This document shows, piece after piece, positions 25,669 to 33,895 of a stretch of 64,000 nucleotides of DNA. How positions within the stretch are numbered: position 1 is the stretch's first letter; every line of letters begins with the position of its first letter. The notes under the pieces are model-generated. The model saw only the letters and a list, made by a program, of their open reading frames with translations. It was not told the origin of the DNA and searched no databases. Position numbers and translations under genes: made by a program. This DNA comes from a virus, in the IMG/VR virus record IMGVR_UViG_3300045988_137393; one strand, given 5' to 3'.

Positions 25669-25938
25669 ATGGAAAATTATAAAATTAGTTATAATGGTGA
25701 TACTCAAATAAAAAATATTCACCATATAGGTATTGATTATAATGGAAATTATTATAGTGTGATTTTCGGAGAATATGTAAATGGAGGATTCTTTAGTATT
25801 CCGAATTGGAATTGCGGTGGTGAGTTAGCTGGACTTAGCGATGTGTTTTGGAATACTGAATCTATTCAGAGATCATTAAAAAGTAAAAGAGCTTCTAAAG
25901 CTATTGCAAAAGCGATAGCAGATTATGTAAAGGAGTGA
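25669..25938 (+). CDS. hypothetical protein (89 aa)
   Basis: ATG after GGAAGGTGG. Confidence 0.6.
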   Translation: MENYKISYNGDTQIKNIHHIGIDYNGNYYSVIFGEYVNGGFFSIPNWNCGGELAGLSDVFWNTESIQRSLKSKRASKAIAKAIADYVKE

Positions 25939-25943
25939 TTGGT

Positions 25944-26963
25944 ATGTGTTATAAGATAGAAGTGCAAAATAGAAATGCAGAGAAACTTAATAGAAAGTTA
26001 GATGAGTTAAACGCACCACAGTTTTTAAGAGGTTATTTGAATGAGTTGGAAAGTAAAAGCGGAGCGTTAAATTATTTAGTGGCAATTAAAGATTTTTTAC
26101 AGTGGTTGATTGAAAGCAATATTATCAAAAAGAAATCAATTTCTGAAATAGAAGTTTCTGATTTTAGTGACCTGCGACCACAAAATGTTAGTTCATATCT
26201 TAGATATAAGGAAATGAATGGGATGTCACCGACTACAACGGAGACAAGAAAGAATATTATAAAAAGTTTTATAAAAAATGTATATTCGTATAGAGAATGT
26301 TTATTGAGAGAACTCTATAACAGTATGGAAGATTTTAGTAAACAAATAAAATATAAAGGAATATCCTCTAAAAACAACTTAACACAAAAACTTCCAACAG
26401 AAAAACAACTTAATGATATGGAAGAGAAAATAATGTGGAAAAAGGATGAATGTGTAAGAAATAGGAATATTGCAATCTTTCAAGTGTTAAGGGGAACTGG
26501 AATAAGAGAATCTGAACTTGCTGGCTTGGATTTATCAGATTTACATTTAGATGAAAATAGTGAATGTATTGATCTTAATGATATGTCACATATTATGGTT
26601 TTACCAAAAGGATATCAAAGAGAAACTGAAAAAAGATCTGTATATCTTACTGGATCTGCTCTGAAAGCATTAAGAGAATGGCTAGAATACAGAAATACAT
26701 TAGATAACATTGTAGATACGGAAGCTGTATTTATTAATAAAAACGGAACTCGTACAACGGAAAGAAATATCAAACAGATATTTGAGAATTATGGAAATGG
26801 TATTACTCCACATATGATGCGACATTATTATGCTAGTATAATGAACAGAAATGGAAATCTTGCATTTGTTCAGCAGCAGTTGGGGCATAGTAGTGTAAAT
26901 ACAACAGTTAATAATTATGCAAACGGAGCTGTTGGTATGAGAGAAAAATTGATGGAGATGTGA
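25944..26963 (+). CDS. tyrosine recombinase / phage integrase family protein (339 aa)
   Basis: Catalytic pattern RGTGIRESEL ... HMMRHYYAS ... LGHSSVNTTVNNY (R, HxxR, H, Y). Confidence 0.8.
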   Translation: MCYKIEVQNRNAEKLNRKLDELNAPQFLRGYLNELESKSGALNYLVAIKDFLQWLIESNIIKKKSISEIEVSDFSDLRPQNVSSYLRYKEMNGMSPTTTETRKNIIKSFIKNVYSYRECLLRELYNSMEDFSKQIKYKGISSKNNLTQKLPTEKQLNDMEEKIMWKKDECVRNRNIAIFQVLRGTGIRESELAGLDLSDLHLDENSECIDLNDMSHIMVLPKGYQRETEKRSVYLTGSALKALREWLEYRNTLDNIVDTEAVFINKNGTRTTERNIKQIFENYGNGITPHMMRHYYASIMNRNGNLAFVQQQLGHSSVNTTVNNYANGAVGMREKLMEM

Positions 26964-26965
26964 TT

Positions 26966-27160
26966 ATGGTTGAATATATTGGAAAGAAAATCAGAACCGA
27001 AAAGAGAATAACGCTAAGAGGGTTAGCGAAAATGGCTGATATTGCACCAAGTACAATTAGCAAATGGGAAAATGGAAGTGCTGTTCCTGATTTAGCTGTA
27101 CTTGATTTGGTTGCTAAGGCAATGGAAGTGAATCCGTTCGATCTTGTTAAATTTGTGTAA
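26966..27160 (+). CDS. XRE-family HTH regulator (64 aa)
   Basis: ITLRGLAKMADIAPSTISKWENGSAVPDLAVLDLVAKAMEVNPFDL. Confidence 0.75.
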   Translation: MVEYIGKKIRTEKRITLRGLAKMADIAPSTISKWENGSAVPDLAVLDLVAKAMEVNPFDLVKFV

Positions 27161-27168
27161 TATGTATA

Positions 27169-27189
27169 CGACACTATTTCTTAGTGTCG
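27169..27189. terminator. bidirectional hairpin between convergent XRE genes
   Basis: CGACACTA-tttct-TAGTGTCG, an 8-bp stem. Confidence 0.5.
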
Positions 27190-27377
27190 CAGATAAAAAT
27201 ATCATTTGGTGTGCAATTTAACGCCTGACATATTTTCTCTATGGTATCAAAACGAATGCTTTTTGTTTTTCCATTACAAATGTCACCAATATTATTACTA
27301 GAAATTCCAGTAGTTTTAGATAACCAATATTGAGTTTTTTCTTGATTGTCAAGAATTTGTTTAAGGTTTATTTTCAT
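27174..27377 (-). CDS. XRE-family (Cro/CI-like) HTH regulator (67 aa)
   Basis: KTQYWLSKTTGISSNNIGDICNGKTKSIRFDTIEKICQALNCTPNDIF. The only clear minus-strand gene in the long plus-strand arm. Confidence 0.75.
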   Translation of the reverse strand: MKINLKQILDNQEKTQYWLSKTTGISSNNIGDICNGKTKSIRFDTIEKICQALNCTPNDIFICDTKK

Positions 27378-27448
27378 ATTTATTTTCCTCCTTATAAACT
27401 ACCTATTGGTATAATAGCAAAAAATATTATATTTTTCAATGATATATC

Positions 27449-27477
27449 TTGACATATGATATGTATAAGTATATAAT
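27449..27477 (+). promoter_or_regulatory. consensus sigma-70 promoter (TTGACA-17 nt-TATAAT)
   Basis: TTGACA 27449-27454, exact 17-nt spacer, TATAAT 27472-27477. Sits ~70 nt upstream of the MazF-like gene. Confidence 0.75.
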
Positions 27478-27546
27478 GCAAAGCATAAGAAGTAGACAAA
27501 AGATAAAAACGTAGGACATTACATAAGAAGAAAGGAGGTAAAAGGA

Positions 27547-27912
27547 ATGACTGTAAACTTTGGGGATGTTATGATGATTGACTTTGGAGAAGACAAAATT
27601 AATTCGGTTCAAGTAGGAGTAAGACCAGGTGTGATCATTCAGAACGACATCGGGAACAAATATTCTCCAACCTCAATAGCTGTTCCTTTGACCAGTGAAA
27701 TCAAGAAATTAAATATGCCATGTCATAAAGTCCTACATATGAATGAACAAAATGGCTTGACGGAAGATTCAATGGTGCTTGGAGAGCAAGTAAGGGTAAT
27801 TGACAAAAATTCGATATTATACAAAATGGGCACTTTAAACGATGGTGAATGTGATCTTGTCGTTAAAGCATATTTTGCAAATGTACCTAGAAGGAGGGTT
27901 AGTTGTGGCTGA
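27547..27912 (+). CDS. PemK/MazF-family toxin-like endoribonuclease (121 aa)
   Basis: GDVMMIDFGEDKINSVQVGVRPGVIIQNDIGNKYSPTSIAVPLTSEIKK matches the MazF/PemK N-terminal signature. SD AAAGGAGG. Confidence 0.75.
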   Translation: MTVNFGDVMMIDFGEDKINSVQVGVRPGVIIQNDIGNKYSPTSIAVPLTSEIKKLNMPCHKVLHMNEQNGLTEDSMVLGEQVRVIDKNSILYKMGTLNDGECDLVVKAYFANVPRRRVSCG

Positions 27913-28207
27913 ATATAAGACTATCACAAAGAAAGAATTGACAGAATTGTTAGATAAATATCCAGAAGATAAAGAGTTTAGTATTATCCAAACTCAACTT
28001 GGAATGACAATTATTCCATTAGGAGAGAGGATAGCAAATAAAGTAGATATTTTGGAAATTGCGAATGCAGCAAAAACAATGATTTATTCAGAGAATAAAT
28101 TTATGTCACAGGTTGATATGCACAGTGTAAGACAGGATATATTTAATATAGAAAGAAATGGAATAATGGATACGTTGTTGCTACCGAGATTTTCTAATAA
28201 GGAATAA
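27905..28207 (+). CDS. hypothetical protein (100 aa) overlapping the MazF-like 3' end; candidate downstream partner
   Basis: GTG 6 nt after AGGAGGG, overlapping the toxin gene by 8 nt. Confidence 0.55.
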   Translation: MAEYKTITKKELTELLDKYPEDKEFSIIQTQLGMTIIPLGERIANKVDILEIANAAKTMIYSENKFMSQVDMHSVRQDIFNIERNGIMDTLLLPRFSNKE

Positions 28208-28247
28208 CTTTAGTGTCCTGATTATAGGACACAATACATATTAAAAT

Positions 28248-28261
28248 GCAAACATGAACAA
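28248..28261. repeat. target-site duplication, left copy (GCAAACATGAACAA)
   Basis: Identical 14-mer at 30000-30013, immediately outside the IS inverted repeats. Confidence 0.8.
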
Positions 28262-29999
28262 CCTAAAATGAAAAATTAAACCTGTACTTTGACAACTGAA
28301 AATGGCTATAAAAGGTCTAGTTTACTTTTTCTACAGCCCTTTCCAAGGCATGATATATTGGTTATATCGATTACTATCTGCTGGGAAAGGAGCAGATATG
28401 AATTATTACAATGCTAGCGGACAAATGGATCTGTCAGATCGAATAGCAATAGAAACTGGGATATGCATCGGGGAGTCATTCAAAAAAATAGCAAAAAGAC
28501 TTCGCAGACATCCATCTACTATTGCACATGAAGTTAAAGAAAACAGAACCTTCATTAAAGGTAATTACCCGAATGGAAAAGATTGCCGCATGGCAAGACA
28601 ATTCACAGTAAGGAATTTGTGCGGCTGTGATGAAGAAGCCTGTAATACAAAGTGTAGACTTTGCAGAGGAGTGGATTGTACCAAGGTATGCGATAGATAT
28701 GTATCAGTTGCTTGCCATAAGTTTGATTCGCCTCCGTATGTTTGTAATAACTGTAAGGATAAAAAGCTTTGCAACAAAGATAAGTATATTTACAGTGCGA
28801 AATTCGCTGATGCAGCTGTAACTCGTCGTAGATCGGAGAGTCGACAAGGAGTTAGACTTTCTGATGAAAAGAAGGAAGAATTGGATGAACTTGTGACTCG
28901 ACTTGTTAAGAAAGGCCAGCCTTTAACACACATATATGCAGAACATGAAAATGAAATGCCAGTGTGTTTGAGAACACTTTATAACTATATCGATGAAGGT
29001 GCCTTATCTATTAAAAACATAGATTTAAGAAGAAAGACAGGCTACAAACCACGAAAGAAAAAGTACAACGATATCAATGGATTTCACTCAATGGAGTATA
29101 GACAGTGTAGGACATATGAGGATTTTGAGTATGCGATGAAATTCAAATATTCAGAAGATGAAGTAACAGAAATGGATACTGTAAAAGGCGTTAGAGAATC
29201 TGGAAAGCGTTTGCTTACAATGATCTTTAGAAAGAACAACGTAATGCTACTATTCCTGATGCCAGATGGAAAAGCAGAATCCGTAAAAAGGGTTCTGGAC
29301 TATCTCGAGACAGGATTGGGAATAGATGTTTTTAGACGGTTGTTTCCGGTTATATTAACTGACAACGGCAGCGAATTCAAGAAGGTAGATGAGTTAGAAC
29401 TTACGCTGGATGAGGATGGCTTCCTAGTTTATAGAACAAGCCTTTATTACTGTGATCCAATGGCTTCATGGCAAAAAGGGTGTATCGAGAAGAATCATGA
29501 ATTTATTCGTTATGCCGTGCCAAAAGGAAAAAGCTTAAACCCATACACGCAAGAAGATATGACTTTATTAATGAATCATATCAATAGTGTAAAACGTCCT
29601 GGACTTGGAAATAAAAGTCCATACGAGCTCGTAGAAGAGGATGATGAAGATTTCAAAGCATTAATGTCATTATTAAAAATGCACCTCATCCCGCCAGATG
29701 AAGTGCATTTAATGCCAGATTTATTCGTTAAAAAGTAATTAGACCGAAGCTGCAGATAGTAATCGATTTGTCAATAGGTATTAAATAGACGGGTCGCATT
29801 TACTTTTGCATAACAAGTAGCCAGCCGTCTGTTAATCATGCAAACAAATATATACCTGCTATCTGGAATGCCTTAATTATAGCATGATATTTGAATTTGA
29901 ACATCCATTATTAGGGCTTTATTTGACCTTTATTTGACCTCAGAACAGAATTTTGATTATTAGACGTATTTTCAGTTGGGTTTTAGTTTTTCATTCAAG
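28262..29999 (+). mobile_element. IS30-family insertion sequence (~1.74 kb)
   Basis: Imperfect terminal inverted repeats: IRL CCTAAAATGAAAAATTAAACC..CAACTGAAAAT (28262-28303) against the reverse complement of 29966-30000, CCTTGAATGAAAAACTAAAACC-CAACTGAAAATAC. One DDE transposase ORF. Flanked by 14-bp direct repeats. Confidence 0.85.
28398..29738 (+). CDS. IS30-family DDE transposase (446 aa)
   Basis: N-terminal HTH LSDRIAIETGICIGESFKKIAKRLRRHPSTIAHEVKEN. TDNGSEF and WQKGCIEKNHEFIRYAVPKGKSL match IS30 catalytic-region signatures. ATG 7 nt after AAAGGAG. Confidence 0.85.
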   Translation: MNYYNASGQMDLSDRIAIETGICIGESFKKIAKRLRRHPSTIAHEVKENRTFIKGNYPNGKDCRMARQFTVRNLCGCDEEACNTKCRLCRGVDCTKVCDRYVSVACHKFDSPPYVCNNCKDKKLCNKDKYIYSAKFADAAVTRRRSESRQGVRLSDEKKEELDELVTRLVKKGQPLTHIYAEHENEMPVCLRTLYNYIDEGALSIKNIDLRRKTGYKPRKKKYNDINGFHSMEYRQCRTYEDFEYAMKFKYSEDEVTEMDTVKGVRESGKRLLTMIFRKNNVMLLFLMPDGKAESVKRVLDYLETGLGIDVFRRLFPVILTDNGSEFKKVDELELTLDEDGFLVYRTSLYYCDPMASWQKGCIEKNHEFIRYAVPKGKSLNPYTQEDMTLLMNHINSVKRPGLGNKSPYELVEEDDEDFKALMSLLKMHLIPPDEVHLMPDLFVKK

Positions 30000-30013
30000 G
30001 CAAACATGAACAA
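30000..30013. repeat. target-site duplication, right copy (GCAAACATGAACAA)
   Basis: Identical to 28248-28261. Confidence 0.8.
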
Positions 30014-30040
30014 GAAATCGAACAAACGTTTGCTTTACAC

Positions 30041-30069
30041 TTGACACAAACACATGTTTGGACTATGAT
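30041..30069 (+). promoter_or_regulatory. sigma-70-like promoter (TTGACA-17 nt-TATGAT)
   Basis: TTGACA 30041-30046, 17-nt spacer, TATGAT 30064-30069. Upstream of the tRNA cluster. Confidence 0.55.
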
Positions 30070-30266
30070 TATTGTTGTAAGAGAAATAATGGAAATAAAA
30101 AACAGTCCGAATGACGTGGCTGCAACCACATATGTCACTCAGACTGTAACTCAACCAACCAAGATTAAGTCATTACATATTTTGGCATAATTTTCCAGTT
30201 ATGTCAAGTTCAGTATGGCTAAAATCATAGCCTATTTCCAATATTTTATCAAAATTTAATATTTAT

Positions 30267-30339
30267 AGGGCATTCGCCAAGCGGAGAAGGCATTGCACTT
30301 TGATTGCAAAATTCATCAGTTCGAATCTGATATGCCCTG
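30267..30339 (+). tRNA. tRNA-Gln (anticodon UUG), no encoded CCA
   Basis: AGGGCAT-TC-GCCAAGCGGAGAAGGC-A-TTGCA-CTTTGAT-TGCAA-AATTC-ATCAG-TTCGAAT-CTGAT-ATGCCCT-G. The D-arm is near-identical to that of E. coli tRNA-Gln. Confidence 0.9.
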
Positions 30340-30498
30340 CTTTGTGACATTCCACCCGGTATGTTACAGAACGCAAGAGATTTCCTTGTAAGAGCAAAAT
30401 GTGTAGTTGCTAAAGTTCTACCATAGTTTAATCCACTAACGGATTACAAGCTGATACTATAGAACTTCCTGATAAACTTGCGATAGTGTCAGCTACTT

Positions 30499-30572
30499 GG
30501 ATCATTAGCACAATTGGTTAGTGCATTCGGCTCATAACCGAAAGGCTCAGAGTTCAAGTCTCTGATGATCCA
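30499..30572 (+). tRNA. tRNA with CAU anticodon (elongator Met or Ile2), no encoded CCA
   Basis: GGATCAT-TA-GCAC-AATTGGTTA-GTGC-A-TTCGG-CTCATAA-CCGAA-AGGCT-CAGAG-TTCAAGT-CTCTG-ATGATCC-A. Lacks the three G-C pairs of an initiator anticodon stem. Confidence 0.9.
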
Positions 30573-30597
30573 TTGCTAAATCAAACAAAGAGAGGAG

Positions 30598-31215
30598 ATG
30601 ATTACGTTGGCACAATATGTAATTACAGACGGTTCTCGTTGGATTATGAGAAATCGTAATGGTAAATATGTTCCAACATCTTGCGAGGCATTGGCTGATA
30701 CATTTTCAAATAAAGCAGCCAATAATCTATATAATAACTCGCTACCTAAAGCCTTGAAATCAGTATTTCATATCCAGAAAATTGATACCCCACCCGATAA
30801 TGTAAAGCAGATTACACAATCAGAAGTGGAAAATAATACCGAAAAAGTTATGGTTGCTGAAAATATCCAGAAATGGATTGACAAAATAACTGATCTTAAT
30901 GGATTAGCAACAGATGCATTACATAGAAAAGAAGAGTTGTGTGAAGAACTTAGCTTTGTAGACAGGGAATTATCCGATATCAATCATTATATAGAATTTT
31001 GTAATCTTAATGCAGCACAAGGATGGAAAGCATATAAGATGATAAAGGAACGGAGAATAAAAAGAAGAAGTATTAAAAATGAGATACAAATTCTTAACAT
31101 TATTCTTGATAAAAAGATTTCTGACACAGTTACAAATGAGATTTTGGAATCCATGTCGAAAATGGATAAGCGTACATATGAACCACGAGTAATGAACGAG
31201 CTGTTTGATTTGTAA
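30598..31215 (+). CDS. hypothetical coiled-coil protein (205 aa)
   Basis: ORF-track ORF. The ATG is very close to GAGGAG; alternative TTG at 30607. Confidence 0.65.
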   Translation: MITLAQYVITDGSRWIMRNRNGKYVPTSCEALADTFSNKAANNLYNNSLPKALKSVFHIQKIDTPPDNVKQITQSEVENNTEKVMVAENIQKWIDKITDLNGLATDALHRKEELCEELSFVDRELSDINHYIEFCNLNAAQGWKAYKMIKERRIKRRSIKNEIQILNIILDKKISDTVTNEILESMSKMDKRTYEPRVMNELFDL

Positions 31216-31228
31216 AGGAAGGATATAT

Positions 31229-31411
31229 ATGGTGATTTGTAAAAATTGTTATATTCCGATGATTGGAGTTATGTCGTTCTCAAAGGACAAGCATGAGAAA
31301 TTCTGTCGTTGTTCGAAATGTTGTTCAGAGACACGACATATAAAAATCAATGATAATGAGTTGAGTTTTGGAGAATATTTGTATAGAGAGTTAGACAGAA
31401 AAAGGAAATGA
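31229..31411 (+). CDS. small Zn-ribbon protein (60 aa)
   Basis: CKNC...CRCSKCC. ATG 8 nt after AAGGAAGG. Confidence 0.6.
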   Translation: MVICKNCYIPMIGVMSFSKDKHEKFCRCSKCCSETRHIKINDNELSFGEYLYRELDRKRK

Positions 31412-31421
31412 AGTAAGGCAG

Positions 31422-33629
31422 GTGCATGAAGTGAAAGACGAAATATTGCGTGAAAAATTAAATAATCTTTCATCACAACAGTTGGAATGGATTAATGAAT
31501 ACTGTGTAAATGATATGTCAAAATTGAAGAAAATTAGTTACAATGCATTTTTCAGGTATGGGATTCCAGCACATGAACATGACGAATTGTACGATGATGC
31601 AATGAATGTTCTGATGGAAAGTGTTATCAACTTTGATTCATCTCAAGGTGCGAGTTTTAAAACTTACCTTATTAATAATATTAAAAAATCTGTTATTGAC
31701 TGGTATAGAGACAACTATCAGAGATGTAAAAGAAAAAATCTATTAACTGATAAAAATGGAAAGATAGTAAAGGTTGATAAAAATGGAAATGTAACAGATG
31801 ACGATAAAGGAAAACCAGTTATTATTCCAGATACTTCATTTGATGCACCTACTGAAGAAGATAATGATTTAGTAGAAAAAATTGCATCTGACTTTAACGT
31901 AGAAGACAAGAGTGAGTTCGATTTTAGTGCCGATGAAAAAGTTGATAATTTTATTGATTCTTTGCCGAGGATACAAAAAAATATTTTGCTGATGCGGATG
32001 GAGAATGTTCCTGCTGATAATATAAAACAAAAATTGAATATATCAGACAGAGAATATAGTAGTGCTATGAAGTCAATTAAGATAAATAAAGGACTTTCAG
32101 TATTTTCAAAGAATAAAAATGATGGGAATTATGATGTGGAGGTAAATAATATGGAAGACAGAATTATTGAAATTAGCGAATCTGAAAATTACAGGACGGA
32201 CAAGTATAGCATGTATTCGTTGTTACAGGATAAGAAAAATGGAGACGTGAACTGCAACTACATCTTGCAACGTGAACCTTTTCAGTGGACTACAGAAGAA
32301 GCGAATAGATATTTTTGTCGTATTCTTAGTAATCTTCCTATTCCAGAAATTATTCTTTGTGAACAGAAGAAAAAGGGATTGACAATCTCTCATTTAATTG
32401 ACGGATTGCAGAGACTTTCATATGCTGAGGCATTCAAGGAAAATCGTATTAAGATTGGTTCAGCAGGAGCAGAGAGACATTTAATTCAGTATAGAGATTA
32501 TGTCTTAGATGATAATGGAAATCGTGTACTTGATGAAGATGGCTTACCAGAATATGAGATGAAAATATTTGATGTTATAGGGAAATATTATAAAGATCTT
32601 CCTGATGAGTTAAAGAAACGATTCAATAATTTCAATATAAACGTAACAAAATTCTTTGATTGTACAGATGAGCAGATTGCAGATCATATTCGTGATTATA
32701 ACAATCATGCGAGTATGAATAAGGAACAGGGTGGTTTTCTTAATGTATCTGCACAGACAGCGGGATATATTAAAAATATTTCACAGAAAAACACATTCTT
32801 TAAAAATTGTGGGAAGTTTACAGATAATAATGTTATTAAGGGAAAGTTGGAACGTGTTGTTGCAGAATCAATAATGTTAATGTTCTTCCGTGATTCATGG
32901 AAAGCAAAACTTGATACAATTTACAAATATGTTGATGAAAATGCAACAGAACAGCAGTTCTTAAAACTTAATTCACATTTTAATAGATTGGAATTAGCAT
33001 TAGGCGATGACAATAAAGACTTGAAGTCATTACTTACTCCAACTACAATGCCAATGTGGATTGCAGTATTTGATAAATTTACTACATATAATATTGAAGA
33101 TTCAAGATTCATTGATTTCTTAAGAGCATATAATACAGAACTTAAAGATAAAGAAGTTGATGGTGTATCTATGGCAGATTTTAAAGACCAACAGACAAAG
33201 AAAAAGGCAACTATTACAGGTAAAATTGATTTACTTATAAAACTGATGAATGAATTTTTACATATTGGTACAAGAGAAGTAAATAACACAGAATTGGAGA
33301 ATAACAATACGAAAGAAAGTGCTGAAGAAAATACGGAAGAAAGTGTTCTTTCCTTTGTTCAAGAAAATGCAAATCCAAATGTGACAGACGAAGATATAAA
33401 CCTTTACACAGACATGGTAGAAGATTGTGTTAAGATTGACGATCCAGTTTATAAAGAGTGTGGAATGGCATTAGTAGCACTCATGGCATATGCTTGTCAA
33501 AATGATAAGGATCAGGATTTTGAAAAATGGATTGAGAATTACAGAAATAAATCTGATTTTAGTTCATCACAGAAAGTTAATTATACATATATGAAACGCA
33601 GCTTTGATAATTTTATAGCAAATGCGTAA
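31422..33629 (+). CDS. sigma-70-family-like N-terminal module fused to a DUF262 (ParB-like) domain (735 aa)
   Basis: Region-2-like DELYDDAMNVLMESVINFDSSQGASFKTYLINNIKKSVIDWYRD. Region-4-like LPRIQKNILLMRMENVPADNIKQKLNISDREYSSAMKSI. Then the DUF262 core LQREPFQWTTEEANRYFCRIL...SHLIDGLQRLSYA. Confidence 0.65.
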   Translation: MHEVKDEILREKLNNLSSQQLEWINEYCVNDMSKLKKISYNAFFRYGIPAHEHDELYDDAMNVLMESVINFDSSQGASFKTYLINNIKKSVIDWYRDNYQRCKRKNLLTDKNGKIVKVDKNGNVTDDDKGKPVIIPDTSFDAPTEEDNDLVEKIASDFNVEDKSEFDFSADEKVDNFIDSLPRIQKNILLMRMENVPADNIKQKLNISDREYSSAMKSIKINKGLSVFSKNKNDGNYDVEVNNMEDRIIEISESENYRTDKYSMYSLLQDKKNGDVNCNYILQREPFQWTTEEANRYFCRILSNLPIPEIILCEQKKKGLTISHLIDGLQRLSYAEAFKENRIKIGSAGAERHLIQYRDYVLDDNGNRVLDEDGLPEYEMKIFDVIGKYYKDLPDELKKRFNNFNINVTKFFDCTDEQIADHIRDYNNHASMNKEQGGFLNVSAQTAGYIKNISQKNTFFKNCGKFTDNNVIKGKLERVVAESIMLMFFRDSWKAKLDTIYKYVDENATEQQFLKLNSHFNRLELALGDDNKDLKSLLTPTTMPMWIAVFDKFTTYNIEDSRFIDFLRAYNTELKDKEVDGVSMADFKDQQTKKKATITGKIDLLIKLMNEFLHIGTREVNNTELENNNTKESAEENTEESVLSFVQENANPNVTDEDINLYTDMVEDCVKIDDPVYKECGMALVALMAYACQNDKDQDFEKWIENYRNKSDFSSSQKVNYTYMKRSFDNFIANA

Positions 33630-33663
33630 TCAATTTGGTAATAAGCAATAGCTTTTACATAAA

Positions 33664-33704
33664 AGATGGGCAACGATATGTCGTGAAGTTGCTGTTGCCC
33701 ATCT
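33664..33704 (+). terminator. strong hairpin (11-bp stem) downstream of the sigma-DUF262 gene
   Basis: AGATGGGCAAC..GTTGCCCATCT. No clear T-run. Confidence 0.5.
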
Positions 33705-33895
33705 CGCATATCAACTAGGAATAATCCAGAAGTCGATATACATATATAGTATCTCATTTCTATGGCTGAATCAATATCCAAATGACATTCTTCTCGTTCT
33801 GAGTTGGATTATTCCATTATTAAAAATGGTAAATGAACAGAAATTAAAATAGAAATATCAAAATAAAGTTCGTTTCTTTAGAAGAGAGGTGAAAG

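Noticed and set aside
30340-30498. Third tRNA gene between tRNA-Gln and tRNA-CAU
   Set aside because: On neither strand could I fold a T-loop (TTCRANY) or a 7-nt anticodon loop with a 5-bp stem. I kept it only as an unassigned structured spacer.
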